DNA of 64,000 bases from an uncultured Micavibrio sp. (lineage in GTDB: Bacteria > Pseudomonadota > Alphaproteobacteria > Micavibrionales > UBA2020). Below are positions 1-8,570 of the stretch, one piece after another. The DNA is taken from the NCBI GenBank assembly GCA_964551435.1, contig CAZKBS010000008.1, positions 4,995 to 68,994 of the forward strand. Reading direction: 5' to 3'. The notes below the pieces were generated by a model that worked only from the letters and a program-made list of their open reading frames with translations, was not told the DNA's origin and searched no databases. Both the position numbers and the translations under genes were made by a program. Each line of letters starts with the position of its first letter. Position 1 is the stretch's first letter.

Positions 1-48
1 AAACAAGTCCCTGCGTGCTACAAACCCCGCATCATTAGGAGAACCGAT

Positions 49-921
49 ATGTCCACGTCAAAAACCACCCAGCCACAGGCCAAGCGTCAGGTCACCACCG
101 CAGAGCGTCCGATTGACCGGCTGCTCGATATCATGGCCTACCTGCGCACCCATCCTGAAGGCTGCCCGTGGACCAAGGAGCAAACCCATCAATCGCTGGT
201 GCCGTATCTTGTCGAAGAGTCCTATGAAACCGCCGATATGATCGATCAGGGCCAGCATGACGGGCCGCTGCGCGACGAGCTGGGCGATGTGCTGCTGCAA
301 ATCGCTTTCCATGCCGAAATCGCCCGCGAACGCGGCAGCTTCACCTTTGACGACGTTGCGCAAGCGATTGTCGATAAACTGGAGCGCCGCTATCCGACCA
401 TCCTTGGCGACGAGCCGAACACCCTGACCACGCCCGAGGAAATCGACCGCCGCTGGGAAGAAATCAAAGCCGAAGAACGCGCACGCAAAGGCATCAAAAA
501 AGATGCCAGCATCCTTGATGAAATCGCGACAGGTTTGCCCGCGCTGGTACGCTCCGCCAAGCTGAAAGGCCGCGCGGCCAAGGCTGGCTGGGAATGGCCG
601 AACGTCGATATGCTGCTGGATAAAATTTCCGAAGAAGTCGGCGAACTCAAACAGGAAATTCACGCCGATAAACCCGACATGGAACGCGTCATGGCCGAAT
701 TCGGCGATTTGATGTTCATGATGGTCGATTTTGCGCGCTATCACGGCTTCGATGCCGAAGACGCGCTGCGTATCACCAACAGCCGGTTTGAAAAACGCTT
801 CCGCCACATGGAACAATTCCTGAAGCAAAAAGGCCATGCCGACATTCAATCCGCCCCGCGCGAAGACCGTCTGGCGGGCTGGAACGATGCCAAAGCTGTT
901 GAAAAAGCCGCGAAAAAATAA
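49..921 (+). CDS. mazG: Nucleoside triphosphate pyrophosphohydrolase MazG (tandem-domain)
   Basis: GCPWTKEQTHQSL, EESYET, DELGDVLLQIAFH and second domain EEVGE...EFGDLMF; AGGAG RBS upstream. Confidence 0.95.
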   Translation: MSTSKTTQPQAKRQVTTAERPIDRLLDIMAYLRTHPEGCPWTKEQTHQSLVPYLVEESYETADMIDQGQHDGPLRDELGDVLLQIAFHAEIARERGSFTFDDVAQAIVDKLERRYPTILGDEPNTLTTPEEIDRRWEEIKAEERARKGIKKDASILDEIATGLPALVRSAKLKGRAAKAGWEWPNVDMLLDKISEEVGELKQEIHADKPDMERVMAEFGDLMFMMVDFARYHGFDAEDALRITNSRFEKRFRHMEQFLKQKGHADIQSAPREDRLAGWNDAKAVEKAAKK

Positions 922-1000
922 AGAATTTTATTTTCATATCGCAAAGAGTATTGTCGAGACATATAGGCGCCTCGCGCGCAATACAAGATAAAGCAAAATC

Positions 1001-1462
1001 ATGAAGCTGATAGAACGCCTCGCCCAAAAATATGACCCGTCCCTCACCGGCGCGATTGGCATGATCGGCGGGATGATTGTGCTGGGCGCAGCTGTGGCCA
1101 CGCCGGTTGCGGCAGCGATTGGTGCAGGCGCGGCTACTTTATCAGGTGCCTCTGCACTCGTTGGTGCGATTTGGGGGGGCGGGATTGCTGCGGGCGGCGC
1201 TGCCGCGATTGTCAGCTGGATAGCCCTGCCGCAAATTGTCTATGCGCAGTGCTACGAACATATACTGAAAAAACACGTCGCGGACGGCGGCTCTACATCG
1301 GGTATGAAATGGGTGCCGGGTATCGAAAACATGCGTCAGGCGGTCCCAAGCCTTGGGCAGAAACGCGGCCTTAAAAACATTTTTGCGCGCGGCAAGAAAA
1401 ATACCGATGCGCATGCGAAAGCACCCGCAGACAACAAGCCCCGCCAACCGCCGAAACCCTGA
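1001..1462 (+). CDS. Orphan Gly/Ala-rich membrane-type protein with L-x3-F / Pro-rich C-terminal tail
   Basis: 153 aa ORF fills the mazG-IMPase gap; GAIGMIGG...GAIWGGGIAAGG hydrophobic block; ends SLGQKRGLKNIF...PRQPPKP. Confidence 0.75.
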   Translation: MKLIERLAQKYDPSLTGAIGMIGGMIVLGAAVATPVAAAIGAGAATLSGASALVGAIWGGGIAAGGAAAIVSWIALPQIVYAQCYEHILKKHVADGGSTSGMKWVPGIENMRQAVPSLGQKRGLKNIFARGKKNTDAHAKAPADNKPRQPPKP

Positions 1463-1470
1463 ATAAGGCT

Positions 1471-2286
1471 TCAGGCTGCTTTCATCAAACGCGGATAAAG
1501 AATTTCTTCGAGCATTTTCCAGCGGGCCTTATCTGGCGCGGCCAGCAGCATGCACGGGCGCAGCATATCCGGCGCAAACGGAATATCTTCATGCGCAAGA
1601 CGGACATACCCCCCCGCTTCTTCGGCCAGCAATACGGTTGCGGCGTGATCCCACGGGGTGACTTTATTGATATGCACCACGAAATCCGCGTCACCAGCTG
1701 CAAAATTCAAAAAATCGTGCAGCGAGCTGCGCACGTTAATAAGCCCTTTGATATGGCCATTGATGGATTCAAAATGCCACGCCTGACCGCCGCCGCCCAT
1801 GCCCGTCATTTCTGCCGGCGTCCCTGCGGACGTGCGCACATGCGCGGGCTTGCCGTTGATGGTTGCGCCTTTGCCTTTGATGGCAATCGCCATGCGTTCT
1901 TGCGGCGCATCGTAAACCCAGCCGTACTGCGTCACGCCGTTTTGCACCAGCGCCAGCAGGATACCGAAATGGCTGCGGCCATGCGCGAAATTATACGTAC
2001 CGTCAATCGGGTCGATGACCCAGACGGGGCTGCCGGATTTGAAACGCTCCAGCACGGTTTCGTCTTTTGATACTGCCTCTTCGCCAACAACGATGGAACC
2101 GGGCAGATAGGCCGTCAGTGCCGCGCTGAGCGCTTTTTCCGAAGCTTCATCGGCAATCGTGACGAAATCGCCAGGTTTTTTTTCGCGCACGTCACCGTCG
2201 GCAAGATTTTTGAAACGGGGCATAACCTCCGTCGCCGCAACATCGCGCAGGATATCCGCGACTTTCTGAACGTCGATATCCATCAT
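1471..2286 (-). CDS. Inositol monophosphatase family protein (SuhB-like)
   Basis: DFVTIAD, VGEE, WVIDPIDGTYNF, PWDHAA...EEAGG motifs; start overlaps the hflX stop. Confidence 0.92.
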   Translation of the reverse strand: MMDIDVQKVADILRDVAATEVMPRFKNLADGDVREKKPGDFVTIADEASEKALSAALTAYLPGSIVVGEEAVSKDETVLERFKSGSPVWVIDPIDGTYNFAHGRSHFGILLALVQNGVTQYGWVYDAPQERMAIAIKGKGATINGKPAHVRTSAGTPAEMTGMGGGGQAWHFESINGHIKGLINVRSSLHDFLNFAAGDADFVVHINKVTPWDHAATVLLAEEAGGYVRLAHEDIPFAPDMLRPCMLLAAPDKARWKMLEEILYPRLMKAA

Positions 2287-3701
2287 GCCGCACTGCCTTT
2301 CTTTTTCTGTGTCTGCTTTTTCGTGACTGTCTTTTTCTTTTGTGCCATTTTTTTCACTTTGGGCGCAGCCTGTTTTTTCGCCTTGCGCGGCTTGGGCGAC
2401 GCACGAAATTCATAGCCGAATTTATCGGTAAAACGGGCAACATCTTCAGGGTCGAGACGCACGGAAACGGCGGCGAATTCCTCGCCATCCAGACGCTCCG
2501 TCACTTCGCCGCGCGCATAAAGCCACGCCATGGCCTTGCCGTCTGTGAGCGGGATATCGGCATGCAGCGTCAGGCGGTCTTTACCCAGACGCGCATCAAT
2601 CAGCGAGAGCAGTCGCGCCATCCCCTCGCCCGTCAAGGCCGATACGGCGGCAAGGCTATTCTGCGCCTGTGCGCGTTTAACCGCGTAGCTGCGGTCATCG
2701 GCGGACAGGTTATCGATTTTATTCATGACCTCGATGACGCGCGGGTCGTCTTCGGCGATGCCGAGATCTTTGAGGATTTTAATCACATCCTCTTTCTCGG
2801 CTTCGGTATTTTCCTGCGAAATATCGCGGATGTGCAAAATGACAGCTGCTTCCTGCACTTCTTCCAGCGTCGCGCGGAAGGCGGCGACCAGATGCGTCGG
2901 CAGGTCGGAAATAAAACCGACCGTATCGGACAGAATGGCTTTTTTGCCCGACGGCAGCTCAATGCCGCGCATGGTGGTATCCAGCGTCGCGAACAGAAGG
3001 TCTTTGGCAAAAACCTCCGCCCCCGTCATCCGGTTGAACAGCGTCGATTTGCCTGCGTTGGTATAGCCCACCAGCGCGACAATCGGATACGGCTCTTTCT
3101 TGCGCGATTCACGCTGCAGACGGCGGTTTTTCTTGACGGTTTCAAGATCGACGTTCAGGCGCTTGATTTTTTCATCCAGGATACGGCGATCGAGTTCTTT
3201 TTGCGTCTCACCGGGGCCGCCGGTTTTGCCAAGGCCGCCGCGCTGGCGTTCAAGGTGGCTCCATGCCTTCACAAGGCGGGAGCGTTGATACGACAGCGCC
3301 GCCAGTTCAACCTGCAAACGCCCTTCTTTGGTGCGTGCGCGGGCGCCGAAAATTTCGAGAATAAGACCGGTGCGGTCAATGACTTTGCAGTTCAGTTCTT
3401 TTTCAAGGTTGCGCTGCTGCACGGGCGTGACGGTGGCATCGACGTAAACAAGGCCGACTTCTTTTTCTTTTGCCATCTGCGCGATGCGCTCGACCACGCC
3501 GCCGCCAATCAGGGTTGCGGGTTTTATCTGTTTGACGACCACGACTTCGGCGTGAACCACCTCAAGGTCGATAGCCCGGGCAAGGCCGATGGCTTCTTCG
3601 AGCGCGACGTGCGACGCGCGCAGATGCGTGCGCTGCCCGCCATCTTCCGCACGCGCAGACAGCGGCAGATCGGGATGCAGTACGATGATTTTTTCAGTCA
3701 T
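2283..3701 (-). CDS. hflX: Ribosome-associated GTPase HflX with Lys-rich C-terminal extension
   Basis: GPGETQ, GYTNAGKSTL, LFATLD, DTVGFI, NKID motifs; downstream of hfq. Confidence 0.97.
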   Translation of the reverse strand: MTEKIIVLHPDLPLSARAEDGGQRTHLRASHVALEEAIGLARAIDLEVVHAEVVVVKQIKPATLIGGGVVERIAQMAKEKEVGLVYVDATVTPVQQRNLEKELNCKVIDRTGLILEIFGARARTKEGRLQVELAALSYQRSRLVKAWSHLERQRGGLGKTGGPGETQKELDRRILDEKIKRLNVDLETVKKNRRLQRESRKKEPYPIVALVGYTNAGKSTLFNRMTGAEVFAKDLLFATLDTTMRGIELPSGKKAILSDTVGFISDLPTHLVAAFRATLEEVQEAAVILHIRDISQENTEAEKEDVIKILKDLGIAEDDPRVIEVMNKIDNLSADDRSYAVKRAQAQNSLAAVSALTGEGMARLLSLIDARLGKDRLTLHADIPLTDGKAMAWLYARGEVTERLDGEEFAAVSVRLDPEDVARFTDKFGYEFRASPKPRKAKKQAAPKVKKMAQKKKTVTKKQTQKKKGSAA

Positions 3702-3739
3702 TTGCTTTTCTGGTTTCCGCCTGCGAAAGGCGTTTTGTC

Positions 3740-4000
3740 TTACGCGTCGCTGCCGTCGTTACCGTCCGTGCCGTCTTCGTCGTTCAGGCGCACGGGCGAT
3801 GCCGGCATAATGGTCGAAATCGCGTGTTTGTAGATGAGCTGTGAGTGAGAGTCACGGCGCAGCAGCATGGAAAAATTGTCAAACCAGGTAATGATGCCCT
3901 GCAACTTCACCCCGTTCACCAGAAACACGGTGACGGACATTTTTTCCTTGCGGATTTTATTGAGGAATTTGTCCTGCAAGTTCTGGCTTTTCTCGGACAT
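3740..4000 (-). CDS. hfq: RNA chaperone Hfq
   Basis: QNLQDKFLN...[10 protein letters not shown]...[11 protein letters not shown]; start set at ATG 4000 (AAGGA upstream). Confidence 0.98.
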   Translation of the reverse strand: MSEKSQNLQDKFLNKIRKEKMSVTVFLVNGVKLQGIITWFDNFSMLLRRDSHSQLIYKHAISTIMPASPVRLNDEDGTDGNDGSDA

Positions 4001-4132
4001 CTTATTTTTATCCTTCACAAAAATTTGTGTGTTTTAAAAGGCCTTGAGCCCTTTATACCCCTCTTGACCATATTTATTTTTAAAGCCGAAACCGCCGAAC
4101 CACAAGGGGTATGCAGCCGCTTTGGCCATGAA

Positions 4133-4831
4133 CTAACGGAAATATTCTCCGATAAATTCCATAAACATGCTGTGAGTTGCAAAACGGCGGGCAGGCAAAT
4201 TCTTGATCAACAGATCTTCCGGCGGCGGCTTGGTTTCGATGAGAATACCGCTGCAACCCGTGCGGTGCGCGCATATCATATCGGTATGGCTGTCGCCGAC
4301 AAACCAGACATCACGCGCAGGCGTAATGCCGCTGCCGTTCAGCGCCAGCGCAACGGGTGCTGGGTCGGGCTTGTCGGCTGCGGCATCCCCCGCCCCGACA
4401 ATCGCGCCGAAATATCCCGTAAAGCCCGCGCGCGCAACGTCTTCGCGCAAAAGATCGCCGCGCTTGTTGCTGACAACCCCCATGTACACACCCGCACGCG
4501 CCAGCGCCGCCAGCACATCACCGATGCCGTCCACCAGCTGCACGCCACGCTCGCGGCAAAGATTCAGGAAGGTTTGGTAATAAACGCGGTCGGCTTCCTG
4601 CCAGCGTTCTTCACCGAAAAGGATAATAAAAGCATCGCGGGCAGACTGGCCGGAACGCCGGCGGATTTCCGCCTCGCTCCAAGGCTCCATGCCCATATGC
4701 TCAAGCGTAGTGTTAATCGCATCCACGCCGATATGCCAGTTATTGACGACCGTATCATCCCAGTCGAACAATACGGCGCGCGGCTTTGGCACCTCCGCTG
4801 AAATAATCGGCGACATCAACGCGGATTCCAT
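4133..4831 (-). CDS. HAD-superfamily hydrolase (phosphoglycolate phosphatase-like)
   Basis: LFDWDDT, VSNK, KPDP, VGDSHTD motifs. Confidence 0.9.
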   Translation of the reverse strand: MESALMSPIISAEVPKPRAVLFDWDDTVVNNWHIGVDAINTTLEHMGMEPWSEAEIRRRSGQSARDAFIILFGEERWQEADRVYYQTFLNLCRERGVQLVDGIGDVLAALARAGVYMGVVSNKRGDLLREDVARAGFTGYFGAIVGAGDAAADKPDPAPVALALNGSGITPARDVWFVGDSHTDMICAHRTGCSGILIETKPPPEDLLIKNLPARRFATHSMFMEFIGEYFR

Positions 4832-5703
4832 TTCTGTTCCTTGCGCGACGGGTTCATGGCGTATTCCATGTAGAGGTCATAGAGCTTGTCGGTAATCGGC
4901 CCGATTTTACCATTGCCGATTTTGTGGCCATCGATACTGCTGACAGGCATAATCAGCGCCGTTGCAGAAGATGTAAAGGCTTCACGCGCCTTATAGGCTT
5001 CCTTGGGCGTAAAGGCACGCTCGACCAGCTCAATACCTTCCTGCTTGCAAAGCACCTGCAGCGCGCTGCGGGTAACGCCTTTCAAAATCGAATTATGCGC
5101 CGTAGGTCGCGTTATCAGGCGGTTTTTTGCATCCACAATCCACGCATTGCTCGATGCGCCTTCGGTAATATAGCCGTCGTCATCGACCATCCACGCCTCG
5201 GCAGCGCCTTCGCGCACGGCTATCTGTTTGGCCAGTACCTGCCCCAGCAGCGCCGTCGATTTGATATCGCGGCGTTTCCAGCGGATATCCGGCACAGTAA
5301 TCACCGGCTTTGCCGCCGCTTTCCGCGCCGGAATGTCAAATGACATATGACGCAGCGTCATGACCAGCGTCGGGCGCACCGCCGGCGACGGGAATTTGAA
5401 ATCACGCGCCGCAATACCGCGGCTGACCTGAATATACAGCGCGCCGTTTTTGATACGGTTGCGGCGCACCATTTCGCGCATGGCGATTTGCAGCACGCGG
5501 CGCGGCATCGGCATTGCGACATCGATTTCCGCAAGTGAACGCTCCAGCCGGTCAAGGTGTCCGACTTCATCGCGCAACTCGCCCTCAATCAGCGCGACGA
5601 CCTCGTAAATGCCATCGGCAAACTGGAAACCGCGATCCTCGATATGAATCTGCGCGGAACCGTGCGGCACATAGCGGCCATTGACGTAAGCGATACGTGG
5701 CAT
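4816..5703 (-). CDS. dat: D-amino-acid aminotransferase (PLP class IV)
   Basis: IEDRGFQFADGIYE, RDIKS, TEGASSNAW, ILKGVTR; usual position after trkA. Confidence 0.9.
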   Translation of the reverse strand: MPRIAYVNGRYVPHGSAQIHIEDRGFQFADGIYEVVALIEGELRDEVGHLDRLERSLAEIDVAMPMPRRVLQIAMREMVRRNRIKNGALYIQVSRGIAARDFKFPSPAVRPTLVMTLRHMSFDIPARKAAAKPVITVPDIRWKRRDIKSTALLGQVLAKQIAVREGAAEAWMVDDDGYITEGASSNAWIVDAKNRLITRPTAHNSILKGVTRSALQVLCKQEGIELVERAFTPKEAYKAREAFTSSATALIMPVSSIDGHKIGNGKIGPITDKLYDLYMEYAMNPSRKEQKWNPR

Positions 5704-5715
5704 GTGGAGTTATCC

Positions 5716-7092
5716 TTAGAAGTATTCGGGGCGCACCGCGAACATCTGTTCGACTTTGCGCACCTGATCGTGGGAGGCAAGAATAATAACGCGGTCATCC
5801 GGTTTGATGACGGTATCGGGGCGCGGCACGATGATGCGCTCTTCACGCAGGATCAGGCCGAAAATCATATCACGCGGGCGCTTGATTTCACTAATCGGTG
5901 TATTGACGATGGCGGAGGTTTCAAGCGCTTCGACCTCCAGAATTTCCGCAAAGCCGTCGCGCAGGGAATGCGCCGCCTTGATACGCCCGCGGCGCACATG
6001 CTGCAAAATCGTCGATACCGTAATCGCCCGCGGATTCACCACCGCATCGATGCCGACACTGGTCGCGAGGGAACTGAAGGAAAGGCTGTTGATCAGCGTA
6101 ATCGCCCGCTCGCAGCCATGCTGTTTGGCGAGCATGGAAACCAGAATGTTGCTCTCGTCGTGGTTCATGACGGCAATCACGGCTTCGGTGGTGCCGATGC
6201 TGGCTTCTTCAAGAATTTCGCGGTTCAGGCCATCACCATGCACGACGGTGACGCCGGACAGTTTTTCCGATACGCGCTGCGCGGTATCATAATCAGCCTC
6301 GATCAGGCGCACGGAAATATCGCGCATGCTGGACTGGATGTCCTCGACAAGGCGGGTACCGATTTTACCTGCACCGACCACCAGCACGCGGCGGGTTTGC
6401 GGATCGTTATATCCGAAAGCGCCCATCGCGCGGTACAAGTGGTCTGTGGACGATACGAAATAGACTTCGTCCCCGACCAGCAGCTCGTCATCCGCACCCG
6501 GAATGATTTTGGTATCGCCGCGAATAATCGCGAGGATGACAATAGACAACTCCGGAAACAGCGACGTCAGATGCTTCAGCGGCGTATTCAGCAGCGGGCA
6601 ATCCGATTTGCAAATCACGCTCACGACCTGCGCCAGTCCCTCCGCCATCGGAATGATGTTATAGGCGCCGGGTACACGGATACGGTTGGCAATCGCGCGC
6701 GCGACCTCGACTTCCGGCGAGATAATCACATCAATCGGCAGGTGATCGCGGCTGAACAGATTGGCCCATGCAGGGTTCAGATATGACTGGTTACGCACGC
6801 GGGCGATTTTCATCGGCACATTAAACAACGAATGGGCAACCTGACAGGCCACCATGTTCACTTCGTCGGAATGTGTTGCGGCAATCAGCATTTCGGCATC
6901 GGCAGCGCCGGCCCGCTCCAGCACATCGGGCTGCGACGCATGGCCGACATGACCGGTGACATCCAGTGCCTCGTTCACTTCGGCGATACGGTCGGCATCG
7001 CTATCGATAATGGTGACGTTGTTACCCTCATCCGACAGGTATTCGGCAATGGCTGTGCCCACCTGCCCTGCGCCGCAAATCACGACCTTCAT
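5716..7092 (-). CDS. trkA: Trk potassium uptake NAD-binding subunit
   Basis: MKVVICGAGQVG, DEVNMVACQVAHSLF, second GAGKIG RCK domain. Confidence 0.96.
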   Translation of the reverse strand: MKVVICGAGQVGTAIAEYLSDEGNNVTIIDSDADRIAEVNEALDVTGHVGHASQPDVLERAGAADAEMLIAATHSDEVNMVACQVAHSLFNVPMKIARVRNQSYLNPAWANLFSRDHLPIDVIISPEVEVARAIANRIRVPGAYNIIPMAEGLAQVVSVICKSDCPLLNTPLKHLTSLFPELSIVILAIIRGDTKIIPGADDELLVGDEVYFVSSTDHLYRAMGAFGYNDPQTRRVLVVGAGKIGTRLVEDIQSSMRDISVRLIEADYDTAQRVSEKLSGVTVVHGDGLNREILEEASIGTTEAVIAVMNHDESNILVSMLAKQHGCERAITLINSLSFSSLATSVGIDAVVNPRAITVSTILQHVRRGRIKAAHSLRDGFAEILEVEALETSAIVNTPISEIKRPRDMIFGLILREERIIVPRPDTVIKPDDRVIILASHDQVRKVEQMFAVRPEYF

Positions 7093-7128
7093 GTTCCCCC
7101 GCCTTCTTTCTTATTCTTCTTTTTTTCT

Positions 7129-8568
7129 TCAGGCTTCCGCGCGTTCTTTTTCGTCATCGCCGCGCAAATCCTTGTCGGCATCCTTGTCATTGGTCTGGAT
7201 GCCCAGCGATTTGAGTTTACGGTGCAGCGCCGAGCGCTCCATGCCGATAAACCCTGCGGTTTTCGAAATATTCCCGCCAAAGCGGTTGACCTGCGACAGC
7301 AGATATTCGCGCTCGAAAATCTCGCGCGCTTCACGCAGCGGCTTCGACATCAGCTCCACACCATCGCGGCCGCGTATCATGTCGACGGCCTGCTGTTTCA
7401 GCTCCGGCGGCAACATATCCGCGGTGATCGGCTGGCCCGGCTGGGCCGGCGCCATAATCAGCAGCCATTCGATGGCATTGCGCAGCTGGCGCACGTTTCC
7501 GGGCCAGTCATAGGCCTGCATCAGCGCCATCGCGTCATCGGAAAAGAAACGCGGCTGCACATTTGCTGTACGGGCGGACAAATCCATGAAAAACCGCGCG
7601 AGCACCGGAATGTCTTCCAGACGTTCGCGCAAGGATGGCATGTGAATAGGCACCACATTCAGGCGGTAGAACAAATCCTGACGGAACTTGCCCGCCATCA
7701 TGCGTTCCTGCAAATCCTGATTGGTCGTGGCCACAATGCGGATATCGACTTCTATTTTTTCGCTGCCGCCGATGCGCGTGAAATGCTGGTCTTGCAAAAC
7801 GCGTACAATTTTTGCCTGCGTTTCAAGCGGCATATCAGCGACTTCGTCCAGCAGCAACGTGCCGCCATTGGCCATTTCCAAGACGCCCGCCTTGCGGCCC
7901 TGCACGCCTTCGGTACCGAAAAGTTCGGTCTCGATACGCTCGGGCGACAGAATGGCGCAGTTGAGCGCAATATAGCTTTTATCCGCGCGCTTCGAATAGC
8001 GGTGTATCATGCGCGCGGCAACGTCTTTGCCCGTGCCCGCCTCGCCGGTAATCAGAATACGGCTGTTGGTCGGGGACACGCGCTCGATATTCTGGCGCAG
8101 CTGGTGCACAGCCTGCGACGTGCCATGCAGTTCGGACACGCTGCCAAGCGCCTTGAGCTTCAGTTCCTGATTTTCACGCTTCAGACGCGCCGCTTCCAGC
8201 CCGCGCTGGGTCAGCACCAGCAGCTTGTCGGTCTGGAAAGGCTTTTCGATGAAATCATAAGCCCCCATCTGGATCGCGGAGACGGCGGTTTCGATGTTGC
8301 CGTGCCCGCTGATCATGATGACAGAGGTATCAGGGTGGCTCTTGCTCAGCTTTTTGAGGAGCTGCATGCCATCCAGTTCGCTGTTTTCCAGCCAGATGTC
8401 GAGGATGACAAGATCCGGCGCCTTTTCGGCAATCATTTTTTCCGCGCTTTGCGAGTCTGCCGCGCTGCGGGTTTCATAGCCCTCATCCTCCAGAATCCCC
8501 TGAATGAGAGAGCGGATATCGGCCTGATCGTCGACAATCAGAATATCGGATATGTTATTTGGTTGCAT
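7129..8568 (-). CDS. ntrX: Response regulator NtrX (REC-AAA+-HTH)
   Basis: ILDIWLE receiver, GEAGTGKD Walker A, no GAFTGA loop, GMERSALHRKL HTH; follows ntrY. Confidence 0.95.
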   Translation of the reverse strand: MQPNNISDILIVDDQADIRSLIQGILEDEGYETRSAADSQSAEKMIAEKAPDLVILDIWLENSELDGMQLLKKLSKSHPDTSVIMISGHGNIETAVSAIQMGAYDFIEKPFQTDKLLVLTQRGLEAARLKRENQELKLKALGSVSELHGTSQAVHQLRQNIERVSPTNSRILITGEAGTGKDVAARMIHRYSKRADKSYIALNCAILSPERIETELFGTEGVQGRKAGVLEMANGGTLLLDEVADMPLETQAKIVRVLQDQHFTRIGGSEKIEVDIRIVATTNQDLQERMMAGKFRQDLFYRLNVVPIHMPSLRERLEDIPVLARFFMDLSARTANVQPRFFSDDAMALMQAYDWPGNVRQLRNAIEWLLIMAPAQPGQPITADMLPPELKQQAVDMIRGRDGVELMSKPLREAREIFEREYLLSQVNRFGGNISKTAGFIGMERSALHRKLKSLGIQTNDKDADKDLRGDDEKERAEA

Positions 8569-8570
8569 GG

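Noticed and set aside
49-921. MazG as an anti-phage or TA-linked gene
   Set aside because: Full tandem-domain housekeeping type near hflX; no mazEF or defence genes visible.
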